Of a DNA stretch of 58,238 nucleotides, positions 48,066-57,820 are shown piece by piece. The translations under genes were made by a program, and so were the position numbers. The stretch's first letter is position 1, and every line of letters begins with the position of its first letter. Origin of the DNA: Planctomycetota bacterium (GTDB taxonomy: Bacteria; Planctomycetota; Planctomycetia; Pirellulales; Lacipirellulaceae); assembly GCA_039190745.1 (NCBI GenBank), contig JBCCXZ010000017.1, positions 1 through 58,238 on the forward strand. The letters are read 5' to 3'. Below the pieces are notes generated by a model, which did no database searches, was not told the origin of the DNA, and worked only from the letters and a program-made list of their open reading frames with translations.

Positions 48066-49691
48066 ATGAACCGTCTCGCGCTGCATTGGCAGATCCTGAT
48101 CGCCATGATCTGCGGCGCCGTCCTCGGGGTCATCTTGAACGCAGCCGCGGGGACCGACGAGACCGCCGTCAACGCTCAGCACCCGGGCGGTCCGATCCAG
48201 GTGATCGGCATGGGCCGGATGGTGGACGTCCCTCCCATGGGTTACTGGGTCCGGGACACGCCCGAGCGCATCCTTATCCAGCTTGTCCCTGTTGACGGCA
48301 ACGCCGACGGTTCGGTGCGTCGGGTCGTGATTGGTGACCCGCAACTGCTTGAGAAGCTTGGCCGCCAGACCGAAGAGTGGCCGGAGGGAGACGGCGCAGC
48401 AGTGGAGGTCGAACGCACAACCTACCCGACGCTGGACGCGCTGAGGTCCAAAGACCCACAGGCGTTCGCCTTATTCGAACTCTACGGGCGATCGGCCTCT
48501 CGGACTATCGGCGATTACGCCAAGGCGCTGGGCAACCTCTTCTTGCGGATGCTGAAGATGGTGTCGGTCCCGCTGATCATCACCTCGCTCCTCTCGGGCG
48601 TCACCGGCCTGGGACAGGCCGACCGGCTCGGGAAGATGTTTGGCAGGACGGTGCTCTACTACCTTACGACCAGCGTCATCGCCATCGTGATCGGCTTGGT
48701 GGTCGTGAACGTGGTCCGCCCCGGCGCCAGGCCGATCGCCGAAGTCCAGGCGGACGCCGCCGCAAACGCGGATGCACCTGCCGAAGGTGGCCAGGCGTTG
48801 CCGGTTGTGCTATTCAATCAGTTACAGAACATGATCCCGCCAAACCCCTTTGGTTCGGTTGCGCGGGGCGAATTCCTATCGATCATCGCATTCAGCCTTG
48901 CGTTTGGGGTCTGCACGATCCTGGTGGGCGGGGTGTACGCTCAACGGATCACAGAGCTTGTCGAGGCGGCCTTCCACGTGATGATGAAACTCACGATGCT
49001 GATCATCAAACTGGCGCCGTTCGGGGTGTTCTTCTTGATGCTCTCGGTGACGGCTTCTCAGGGGGCCGGGATCTTTGGCACCCTGGGCTGGTACATGCTT
49101 GCAGTAGCCTGCGCTTTGCTCATCCATGCCGCCGTTGTCTTGCCGCTACTGCTCCACTATGTGGCGCGTCGGAATCCATTCGAGTACGCCAAAGCGATGA
49201 GTCCCGCGTTGCTCACCGCTTTCAGCTCCGCCTCGAGCAACGGCACGTTGCCGCTCACGCTCACCTGCGTCGAGCAGCGGGCCGGCATGAGCAATCGCGT
49301 CGGTTCGTTCGTGTTGCCGCTGGGGGCCACCATTAATATGGACGGCACCGCGCTCTACGAGGTGGTCGCAGTCCTGTTCATCGCACAGTTCCGCGATATC
49401 GATCTCTCGCTGGGCCAGCAGGTAGTTGTTGCCTTTACCGCCCTGCTGGCGAGCGTCGGAGCCGCCGGCATCCCGCACGCCGGGCTCGTGATGATGGTGA
49501 TCATCTTGCAGGCAGTCGGGCTGCCGACCGAAGATCAGGGACTCATCATCGCGGTCGACCGGGTGCTCGACATGGGGCGGACCGCCGTGAACGTTTGGAG
49601 CGATTCCTGCGGCTGCGCGGTGATCAGCCGATTCGAGTCGGGCGGTCCGCCGCTGGAGCCGACGCCCGAACCGGGCTCCGCAGGGGTGTGA
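48066..49691 (+). CDS. Dicarboxylate/amino acid:cation symporter (DAACS) with a large insertion after TM1
   Basis: FLRMLKM..VPL, AFSSASSNGTLP, LPLGATINMDGTALYE, ASVGAAGIP, DRVLDMGRT..NV. Confidence 0.93.
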   Translation: MNRLALHWQILIAMICGAVLGVILNAAAGTDETAVNAQHPGGPIQVIGMGRMVDVPPMGYWVRDTPERILIQLVPVDGNADGSVRRVVIGDPQLLEKLGRQTEEWPEGDGAAVEVERTTYPTLDALRSKDPQAFALFELYGRSASRTIGDYAKALGNLFLRMLKMVSVPLIITSLLSGVTGLGQADRLGKMFGRTVLYYLTTSVIAIVIGLVVVNVVRPGARPIAEVQADAAANADAPAEGGQALPVVLFNQLQNMIPPNPFGSVARGEFLSIIAFSLAFGVCTILVGGVYAQRITELVEAAFHVMMKLTMLIIKLAPFGVFFLMLSVTASQGAGIFGTLGWYMLAVACALLIHAAVVLPLLLHYVARRNPFEYAKAMSPALLTAFSSASSNGTLPLTLTCVEQRAGMSNRVGSFVLPLGATINMDGTALYEVVAVLFIAQFRDIDLSLGQQVVVAFTALLASVGAAGIPHAGLVMMVIILQAVGLPTEDQGLIIAVDRVLDMGRTAVNVWSDSCGCAVISRFESGGPPLEPTPEPGSAGV

Positions 49692-49859
49692 CCCCGCTGA
49701 GAAGAGCCGCTTTTTCGTTGGCTTCCCGATAACCGCTACCCGTGAATAGCTCACTCCCGGGCGCTGGTCTGATCTCCGGGGGCTCTCTGTTGAGTGTGCG
49801 GTAGCCTCTAGGAGAAGGCTTGGCGCCCGACCGCACCCACCCACGAGCAGGCGTGTCCC

Positions 49860-51062
49860 GTGTCGATCAGTGAGACCCCTACCGCCGTTTGCGAACCGAC
49901 ACCTGTACTCTCGATCGAGGACGGCCTGCCGGCGACGGCCGGACCTGAAAGACCGCTCACGAGAGTGCTGCACGTCATCAACGGCGAGCACTACTCCGGC
50001 GCCGAGCGGGTTCAAGACCTGCTCGCTGAGCACCTGCTGCCGCACGGGTATCAAGTCGGGTTCGCGTGCGTGAAAACCGGCCGGTTCCCGGACGCCCGGC
50101 ACTACCAGTCTGCCCCGATCTACGACGCCCGGATGCGGAGCCGGCTCGACTTGCAGTGCGTGCAGCGGCTGTCGCGGCTGATCCAAGAACAGCGTTACCA
50201 GCTTGTGCACGCCCACACGCCGCGGTCGCTGCTGGTGGGTCGGATCGCCGCCGGCAAGGTCGGGGTGCCGTTGGTGTACCACGTCCACAGCCCGACGGTT
50301 AACGACTCGACCCAGCGGCTTCGGAACCTGCTCAACCACCGCGCTGAACGCTGGAGTCTTGGCGGCGTCGCTCGGATTGTTGCGGTCTCGCCCTCGCTAC
50401 GTAACCACACGATCGCCTGCGGCTCGCCGGCTGAGCGGGTGTGCTACATCGCCAACGGCGTGCCGTGCTCGCCACAGCGGAGCACCGAGCCGCCGCTGGG
50501 GACTTGGACGCTCGGGATGGTCGCCCTATTCCGCCCCCGCAAAGGTGTGGAGGTCTTGCTTGAGGCTCTTGCGAATCTGGTCAGTCGGGGTCGTGACGTC
50601 CGGCTGCTGGCGGTAGGTCCGTTTGAGTCGGAGGAGTACCAGACCGAAGTGCTGGCTTTGGCCGATCAGCTGGGGATCGCAGAGCGGATTGAGTGGACCG
50701 GCTTCGTAGGCGATGTCGGTGAGCAACTCCGCCGGATGGACTTGTTCGCTCTGCCGAGTTTGTTCGGCGAGGGGCTTCCGATGGTTGTGCTGGAGGCGAT
50801 GGCCGCCGGGGTGCCGGTCGTGGCGAGCCGGGTGGAAGGGATCCCCGAGGCGATCCAGGACCGGGAGCAAGGGCTGCTCGTCGAGCCGAACGACCCGGCG
50901 CAACTGGCTGCGGCGGTCGACGAGGTGGTCGGCGGCGGGCTCAACTACGCGGCGCTCAGCGGGTCGGCGGTCGAGCGGCACCGGGAGCGGTTCTCGGCCG
51001 AGGCCATGGCGGCCCAGGTCGCCGCGGTCTACGCCGAGTTACTAGCCAAACGGCGGGCTTAG
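49860..51062 (+). CDS. GT4-family glycosyltransferase
   Basis: VLHVING.HYSGAE, VHAH, RKG, EGLPMVVLEAMAAGVPVVAS. Confidence 0.9.
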   Translation: MSISETPTAVCEPTPVLSIEDGLPATAGPERPLTRVLHVINGEHYSGAERVQDLLAEHLLPHGYQVGFACVKTGRFPDARHYQSAPIYDARMRSRLDLQCVQRLSRLIQEQRYQLVHAHTPRSLLVGRIAAGKVGVPLVYHVHSPTVNDSTQRLRNLLNHRAERWSLGGVARIVAVSPSLRNHTIACGSPAERVCYIANGVPCSPQRSTEPPLGTWTLGMVALFRPRKGVEVLLEALANLVSRGRDVRLLAVGPFESEEYQTEVLALADQLGIAERIEWTGFVGDVGEQLRRMDLFALPSLFGEGLPMVVLEAMAAGVPVVASRVEGIPEAIQDREQGLLVEPNDPAQLAAAVDEVVGGGLNYAALSGSAVERHRERFSAEAMAAQVAAVYAELLAKRRA

Positions 51063-51073
51063 TGGGCGCCGGC

Positions 51074-52087
51074 TTAGCGGGTGGTGGTGTCTTCGGGCGC
51101 GGCGGCCTGTGGAGAAGTGGGCGGGGCGTCTAGGACGACCTTCTTCCACCCCAACGGCGTGCGGGGCGTCTTGAAGAAGCCGAAGAGCTTTTCCATCGCG
51201 TCGTTCACGGCCGGCTTCTCGAACCTGTAGAACGCCTGGTTCCGCTTGTTCGGCATGGTGACTTGGATCGCCTCGGGCATCATGGTCTTCCGGACGAGCA
51301 GGATGTCGACGTGGTCGTAGTTGGCCGCGTCGGCCTGGGTGCGCGGGTAGGCAGTCAGGCGGATGCTCTCCGCGTCGCTCTCGGGGCTGTGGATCCAGTA
51401 GCGTCGCTTCAGCTTCTCGGCCTCGGCGCCGAAGAGGAACGGCAACGGGCCGTCGACGATCGACTTGCCTTGCATCTCCGGCGGGAGGGGCTGGACGACC
51501 AACTGCTTCTTGAGGTGGTTGTACTCGTAGACGGAGAGGCCGTCGCAGACCCAGTGCTCGCCGACCTCGTCTTTCTGGTGGACCCAGTCGCCCTTGCCGT
51601 CGGCGGCTTGGGCGTTCCAGCGTCGGATTTCTTCGATCTTGAAGCTGCCCTTGTCGGGCTTCTGGTAGCTGAGCCGGCCGGTGCTCTTGATCATGGGGAT
51701 CTTCGAGCCGGGGCCGAAGACGGGGTCGTACTCCCACCGCTCGAAGTTGCAGGTGAAGGTTTTCACCTGCTGGCTGTTGTTCTCCCACATGACCAGGATC
51801 TGGTCGACAAACTCCTGCTCGACCTCGCTGAGCCGGAACGGCGGGCCTGGGGCCGCGGGGGCTGCGGCGGGTTGGCCGAGTTGGCCGGCCTGTTGCGGGG
51901 TGGTTGGGCCCGCGGTGGTCGGGCCCTGGGTCGTCGGGCCTTGCTCGGGCTGGCCTAGTTGGCCCGGCAGCGGCGCCTGCGGCTGGCCGAGGGCTAGCGA
52001 CGGGAGGAGCAGGGCGGCCGCGAGGGCGGGGGCCAGGAGCGGCCGGATTCTTGGCAGGCAGATTCGCAGTGGGCGGGCGTGCAGCAT
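51074..52087 (-). CDS. Planctomycete TIGR03009-like (LolA-fold) exported protein
   Basis: Signal peptide, Q/P-rich linker, WE..S...F.RW.YD.VF, EHWVCDG..VYEY, GPLPFLFG. Confidence 0.75.
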   Translation of the reverse strand: MLHARPLRICLPRIRPLLAPALAAALLLPSLALGQPQAPLPGQLGQPEQGPTTQGPTTAGPTTPQQAGQLGQPAAAPAAPGPPFRLSEVEQEFVDQILVMWENNSQQVKTFTCNFERWEYDPVFGPGSKIPMIKSTGRLSYQKPDKGSFKIEEIRRWNAQAADGKGDWVHQKDEVGEHWVCDGLSVYEYNHLKKQLVVQPLPPEMQGKSIVDGPLPFLFGAEAEKLKRRYWIHSPESDAESIRLTAYPRTQADAANYDHVDILLVRKTMMPEAIQVTMPNKRNQAFYRFEKPAVNDAMEKLFGFFKTPRTPLGWKKVVLDAPPTSPQAAAPEDTTTR

Positions 52088-52202
52088 AGGGGCGGACCGG
52101 GCGGGGTTGGTGAGGTGGGGCGGGGAGGATAGCAACGCCCCGGTTGGCGACCTAGACCGACTTCTACTGGCTGTTGCGATGCGTCTGCTGTCGCTGCTGG
52201 CA

Positions 52203-52226
52203 GCCCGCTGGCTGAAGCCGGCGGGC
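52203..52226. repeat. REP-like palindrome
   Basis: GCCCGCTGGC-TGAA-GCCGGCGGGC hairpin next to cassette B. Confidence 0.45.
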
Positions 52227-52242
52227 CGGGGGATGTGGGGTG

Positions 52243-52384
52243 GTTTTGTCTTTAGACCCGGAATCCGCTACACGCGGCGATACGCCAAAAGTCTTTTCTT
52301 TTGTCAGGGTTAATTGCGGGTTCGCCAGCGACGCGTAGCGTCGCGGCTATTCTCAGGCGGACTTAACCATTCGAGTTTGCGTTC
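52243..52384 (-). repeat. 142-bp dispersed repeat, copy 2
   Basis: Reverse complement aligns ungapped to 43681-43822 at 126/142. Confidence 0.95.
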
Positions 52385-52605
52385 CGAGGCGTCGACTTTC
52401 TAGGGACGGAATTGGGGTGAATGAGCCGCAGATGAACGCAGATGGACTCAGATAAAACGCGGGCGGGGGCAGCGCGCGGGGAGGGCATGCACGTTCCGTG
52501 CAGGCATAGCCTCGTCGACTGCTAACCGCTAACGGCCAACAGCTTCCTAGTTGTCAAAGAACACGCTGCTTCTCACGCTCCTCTTGTTTAGCAAAGCAAG
52601 TGGCC
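52243..52605 (-). ncRNA. Candidate non-coding cassette B (promoter-like, boxA-like, repeat-containing spacer, conserved 142-nt block)
   Basis: Minus strand GGCCA-N7-TGCTAAACAAGAG, 18 nt, GTTCTTTGACAA, 166 nt, conserved block. Confidence 0.45.
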
Positions 52606-53067
52606 ACTCGCCATCGAATTCTCGTCGCTTCCGACGCGCTGCCGAACAACAACATTTCGAAGGTTGGCGTCGCACACTTTGTTTTGTTGGAAGAGTCACC
52701 TTGACGGTGGCCGTTCCGAGCTGCTTGCCGCGACGCACTTTGCGGCGAGCGGCGCTTTCTTGCGGTTTCGGCTTCGCTCATCGTTGAACGTAGTCGCAAG
52801 AAGAATCTCGCGGTGCATGTATTGCGTCTGCTCCGCGGCGCGTTAGAACCGAGAACGTCGCGGGCCGGAACAGATTCTTATCCTCAGGACACGCCCGCGG
52901 AGCGTCGTGACGAGCGGGTAACCCGTCGGGATGCGTTCTTTCTCGATGGCTTGCGTCTCGTCGAGCGTCTTTAGAGAAGCGGTCCGTTCTGTAAGCGTGG
53001 TTTCGCTGCGCACCCATGCGTTGCGCCAGCGGTACGCGCCGGCTTTCTTCGACTCTGGAGGTGTGCG

Positions 53068-56000
53068 ATGCGTAGTCTGCCCAGCGGTTGGAACAAGACG
53101 CTTACGAAGCTAGGATTGAGACGGCGTCACGATAGAGGCGGCAGGCAGCAGAAAGTAGCACGCTCAGGACGCGCGCTGCGGATGGAGACTCTCGAAGAGC
53201 GGCGCGTGCTAGCGACAATCACGGTAACGTCGCTCGAAGACAACACAATAGTGGACGGCGAGATAACGTTACGCGAGGCACTCCAAGCTGCTAACACAAA
53301 TACTTCTGTGGACGGGTCTCCCGCCGGCGAATTGGGTGTTGTCGATGTGATCGACTTCGAGCCAACGCTCATTAATGCGACCACTCCAGGGACGATCCGG
53401 CTTACGTCATCTCTAGCCGTTACTTCGTCCCTAACACTCGAAGGTCCAGGACGCGACTTGCTTGCGATTGATGGGAACGGCGGACAGGTTGATGACATCG
53501 TTGGCAACTTCAATGGGTACACTGTACTCCGGATAGACATCGATGGCCCTTCCACGACCGAGCAGGTGGTTATCGAAGGCGTTACGATTCGTGGCGGTGA
53601 TGCATCTTCCAGCGGAGGAGGAATATCGATTAATGCAAACCAGAACGATACCGTGCTGCTCAGCGAGGTGCTCATCGACAACAACTTTGCTCCCCTTGGA
53701 GGTGGGATCGAGCTTGTACTAACGGGAGATGCTATGTCGTCTATAGTAGAGTCTGTCGTATCTAACAATGAGGCCGATCTAGGCGGCGGTATATACATCA
53801 ACCACGCTGATGGCTTGGGTAACTCTTCCGCGATCGTGCAGCGTAGTCGAATTACAGGAAACACCGCTGGACTACCAGATTTTATTGGCGCTAATGGCGG
53901 TAGCGGTGGTGGGATCTATGTAAGGGTGGAGCCAGCCCAACCTGGAACCTCAGACAGCACGCAGATAGCGGACTCAGAAGTCTCTTATAACGTCGCCTAT
54001 GGGTCCAACTTAGTAGTAGGCGACTCACCTGATAATGGCGGGACAGGGGGGGGTATATTCTTCGCATCGGTCGGTGAAGGTGCCGCATACTCGAATGATA
54101 TTGTCAACACGACGATCTCTGGTAATCGCGCTCAGATTGGCGGAGGAGTTTTTTTTGGAACAAGAAACGATTCGACGCTCTTCACCCATCGCCTACTGCA
54201 TTCGACCGTAACCAACAATGAAGCAGGGATTGCAGAAGCGGTTACGCAGGCCAGCTACTTGGGGGGCGGCGGGATAATGATCGTTGTCGGTAAGCCAGGC
54301 CCCTCGCCAGTACCTGGATTAATTACGCCAAACATAAAGCTTGACCACTCCATTATCTCGGGTAATTCACATAACGTAAATGCCTCGAATACGGGCTCAC
54401 AATCGTTTGGCGCAACTTCGCCTGACATCGGAGCTTATCTAGCAGTCGGCCTTGAAGGGACTCCACCGCTGCCTGTCATCGATGTCCAACTGCGAGCCGA
54501 TTACACGATCATAGGTAGCACACTAGGCATCTTGGATGGCGTTACAGTTCAGTCCGGGTCAGAGACATTCGAGCATTTTCTAGAATTATCACCCGCTAAT
54601 CTAGGAACGCAGATCGCGGATCCGTTGTTGGCGCCTTTACAAAATAATGGCGGCTCCACGCAGACACACCGCTTACTTGCCGGGAGTCCTGCAATCGATG
54701 CGGGCGATTCTTCCTTGGTCCAAGGAATTGGGGGTACTCCTGATTTTGACCAACGCGGAAATCCGTTTGGTCGGGTTGGGAATGGAAGGATCGACATCGG
54801 CGCCTACGAAGTGAACGGCGCATCTTGCGACGCCGACTTCGACGGCGACATGGACGTGGACATCGCAGACCTGATTATCTGGCAAGATAACTTTGGCGTC
54901 GGCACGACGCAGCCCGAAGGTGACGCGGACGATGACGGCGACGTCGATGCTGCTGACCTGGCTTGTTGGGAACAGGAATTCGGCACGGGCGTGGCGGTCG
55001 GGACTGTGCCGAGCGGCGACTTTGACGGCAGCGGGACGGTCGATATGGACGACCTCGAGATGTGGCAAGAAGCATTCGAGGCGGGCACCGCGATGGGCGA
55101 CGCCGACGGGGACCTGGACACCGACTTGACGGACTTCTTGGTCTGGCAGGTCGATTTCGGACGCAGCATCTCCAACGGCGACTGGGTCTACTCGTACTCG
55201 ATGCTTGAGGAGATGGAACCGGGGGTGATCCTGGTCTCGACGCTCGCCGACGAGAGCGACGGCGACTACAGCCTGGGCGACCTGAGCCTCCGCGAGGCGT
55301 TGGAGATTGCCGAGGGCACCAGCGGGGCCGACACGATTGTGTTCGCCAGCAGCTTGTGGGGCGGGACGCTGGAGCTGGGCTCGCTGGGCGACATCGACGT
55401 GGACACCGACGTGACGATCGCGGGACCTGGAGCAGACCTCTTAACGATCGACGCCAACGGCAGCGACACCGACTTGCGGCGCGTGTTCGACGTGAAGAGC
55501 GGCAACACGGTCGAGCTGGCGGGCATGACGGTGACCGGCGGGTATGTCGAGGGCTTCGGCGGCGGCATCCTGAATGCCGGCGACCTGACGCTAACGCGGA
55601 TGGACATTGTGGGGAACACCGCGGCCGACACGCTGGGCTACGGCGGCGGCGTCTTTACCGGCAGCGGGACGCTCGATGTGGTCGAAACCGAGATCGCGGG
55701 CAACACGGCGACCTACGGGGGCGGGATCCACACCTCGGGGGCGTTGGACGTGGATCGGTCGACCATCTGGGGCAACGATGCGGTGTACGTGAGCGGCACG
55801 ACCACGGGCGGATTGGCCGGCGGGATCAACATCGGGGGCGGCGGGACCGGTGTGGACATCAACATTACCGGCAGCACCATCTCTGACAACGACGCTGAGG
55901 ACCGAGGCGGCGGGATCCGCACCAGCAACGGCCGCGACCTGGACATCGTGAACAGCACGATCACCGAGAACACCGCCGAGAACGTGGGGGGTGGGCTGAT

Positions 56001-57498
56001 CCGTTTCAGCGGGACGGCAACGCTGGATAACACGATCCTGGCAGGGAACACGTCGAACACGACGAGCGACGACGACCGGTCGGGGGTTATCGACTCTGCG
56101 AGCTCGAACAACTTGTTTGGCTTCACCGACATGTTCGGCACGGGCAATCTGTGGGGGAAGGCCCCGATGCTTGAAGCCCTGGCGGACAACGGGGGGCCGA
56201 CGCTTACGCACGCCCTGATGGCGACGAGTGAAGCCATTGACGGGGGGGATGTGACTAAAGCAGCACTGGGCGGTGCGACCGACCAGCGCGGCTTCAACCG
56301 TGTGTTCGACGATCCGGAAGTATCGGGTACTACCCCGGTCGACATCGGTGCGTACGAGCGCGGTTTGATCGTGACGACTGCGGTCGACGAGGATGACACG
56401 ACGTTCGACAAGACCTCCTTGAGTCTACGCGAAGCGGTTGCCGCCCTGTCGGATTACACATCGAGTGTAGCGCCCAATACGATCGAGTTTGCCCCGGGCG
56501 TTGTGACCGCGGGGACGATCACGCTCAATTCGCTGAACGGCCAGATCGCGTTCAATGACGACGCCTACCTGGTCGGCCCCGGTTCCTCGGCGCTTACTGT
56601 GAGTGCGGACGATAACTCACGGGTGTTCCAGGTGAACACCGGGGCGGACGTGACGATCGACGGGCTGACGATTGCTGACGGCGACGCGGGGACGGGCAAC
56701 GGCGGGGCGATCCTGAGCACGGGAGAACTGACGCTTGTCGACTCGGTGGTGCGTAACAGCTCGGCGGCCAATGGCGGCGGGGTGCACCAGTCGGGCGGCG
56801 GCGCTAGCCGATCGTTGACCGTCTCGGGCAGCACTATCCACAGCAACACCGCGACGCAGAACGCAACCTCCAAAGGCGGCGGACTGTTCGTCGACGGCAG
56901 CGACTTGCTGGTGACGAACTCGACGCTCTCGGGCAACGCCGCGAGCAGCCAGGGCGGCGGCGCATTCATCACGCACGACGATTCCGGCTCCTTCCGGTTC
57001 GTGAACTCCACGATCACCGCGAACACTCTGGACGCTGTGACAGACGACGGGGCTGGGATCGCGGTCGATACAGACCTCGACGGCCGTGTTGAGCTGCTCA
57101 ACACGATCGTGAGCGGCAACGAACGCGGCCCGATTGGCAGCGAGGAGGCCGACGATGTGTTCGGCATCTTCGATTCGGCGAGTGCCTTCAACCTGATCGG
57201 TGCGATTGACGGCTCAACATGGCTAGCGGACGCGACCACGATCTCGGGAACACGAGCAACGCCCGAGGACGCCGGGTTGGCGGGGCTGGCAGATAACGGC
57301 GGGCCGACGCCGACGCACGCGTTGCTTAGCACGAGCAAGGCAATCGACGCTGGCGACGCGGCGACGGCGGCTTCGTTCGATCTGGTGTTCGACCAACGCG
57401 GCGAACTGCGCGTGAACAACGGCAACAACAACTTAGTGGTGAAGTCCGACATCGGGGCGTTCGAATTGGCCGCCGACGAGTTCTTCGCGACTGTGTAG
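53068..57498 (+). CDS. Large extracellular protein: planctomycete export motif, three CSLREA/right-handed beta-helix/choice-of-anchor-Q modules, dockerin-like repeats
   Basis: RALRMETLEERRVLA; [TS]LREA x3; GGGI repeats; L..NGG.T.TH.L...S.AID.G...DQRG...DIGA[YF]E x3; ADFDGD.DVD. Confidence 0.9.
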   Translation: MRSLPSGWNKTLTKLGLRRRHDRGGRQQKVARSGRALRMETLEERRVLATITVTSLEDNTIVDGEITLREALQAANTNTSVDGSPAGELGVVDVIDFEPTLINATTPGTIRLTSSLAVTSSLTLEGPGRDLLAIDGNGGQVDDIVGNFNGYTVLRIDIDGPSTTEQVVIEGVTIRGGDASSSGGGISINANQNDTVLLSEVLIDNNFAPLGGGIELVLTGDAMSSIVESVVSNNEADLGGGIYINHADGLGNSSAIVQRSRITGNTAGLPDFIGANGGSGGGIYVRVEPAQPGTSDSTQIADSEVSYNVAYGSNLVVGDSPDNGGTGGGIFFASVGEGAAYSNDIVNTTISGNRAQIGGGVFFGTRNDSTLFTHRLLHSTVTNNEAGIAEAVTQASYLGGGGIMIVVGKPGPSPVPGLITPNIKLDHSIISGNSHNVNASNTGSQSFGATSPDIGAYLAVGLEGTPPLPVIDVQLRADYTIIGSTLGILDGVTVQSGSETFEHFLELSPANLGTQIADPLLAPLQNNGGSTQTHRLLAGSPAIDAGDSSLVQGIGGTPDFDQRGNPFGRVGNGRIDIGAYEVNGASCDADFDGDMDVDIADLIIWQDNFGVGTTQPEGDADDDGDVDAADLACWEQEFGTGVAVGTVPSGDFDGSGTVDMDDLEMWQEAFEAGTAMGDADGDLDTDLTDFLVWQVDFGRSISNGDWVYSYSMLEEMEPGVILVSTLADESDGDYSLGDLSLREALEIAEGTSGADTIVFASSLWGGTLELGSLGDIDVDTDVTIAGPGADLLTIDANGSDTDLRRVFDVKSGNTVELAGMTVTGGYVEGFGGGILNAGDLTLTRMDIVGNTAADTLGYGGGVFTGSGTLDVVETEIAGNTATYGGGIHTSGALDVDRSTIWGNDAVYVSGTTTGGLAGGINIGGGGTGVDINITGSTISDNDAEDRGGGIRTSNGRDLDIVNSTITENTAENVGGGLIRFSGTATLDNTILAGNTSNTTSDDDRSGVIDSASSNNLFGFTDMFGTGNLWGKAPMLEALADNGGPTLTHALMATSEAIDGGDVTKAALGGATDQRGFNRVFDDPEVSGTTPVDIGAYERGLIVTTAVDEDDTTFDKTSLSLREAVAALSDYTSSVAPNTIEFAPGVVTAGTITLNSLNGQIAFNDDAYLVGPGSSALTVSADDNSRVFQVNTGADVTIDGLTIADGDAGTGNGGAILSTGELTLVDSVVRNSSAANGGGVHQSGGGASRSLTVSGSTIHSNTATQNATSKGGGLFVDGSDLLVTNSTLSGNAASSQGGGAFITHDDSGSFRFVNSTITANTLDAVTDDGAGIAVDTDLDGRVELLNTIVSGNERGPIGSEEADDVFGIFDSASAFNLIGAIDGSTWLADATTISGTRATPEDAGLAGLADNGGPTPTHALLSTSKAIDAGDAATAASFDLVFDQRGELRVNNGNNNLVVKSDIGAFELAADEFFATV

Positions 57499-57524
57499 GT
57501 TCTTGCCCATCGTCGAGAAAACAA

Positions 57525-57565
57525 GAGTCCCCCGGTCGGGGTTTTGCGGCCCGGCCGGGGGATTC
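57525..57565 (+). terminator. Hairpin after the large extracellular gene
   Basis: GAGTCCCCCGGTCGGG...CCCGGCCGGGGGATTC long stem; no U-tract. Confidence 0.45.
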
Positions 57566-57820
57566 GTGACGACCTGATTGACATTCCCTCCCGGTCGCTT
57601 ATAGTTCGGGGCTGAGGCAACCCCCCTCCCCGAGGCAGACTCGTGAACTGCGTGGGTAGAAGCCGCGTGGGTTGAATCCCACGACGGCGGAACCCGTCCA
57701 AAATCTTTCAGCGGCTTTCTGATTGCCGCGCCCGTCTGCCCGTTTGTTCCCCCGCGTTGGATGGCTGCTCTGTGTGCGCCGCCCGCGGTCCTCCCCGCTT
57801 CGTTCTGTTGAGGCCCCTGC

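Noticed and set aside
52581..52605. sigma54 reading of the GGCCA...TGCT cassette motif
   Set aside because: GG-to-GC spacing is 11 nt in both copies, not 10; a sigma70-like extended -10 fits better.
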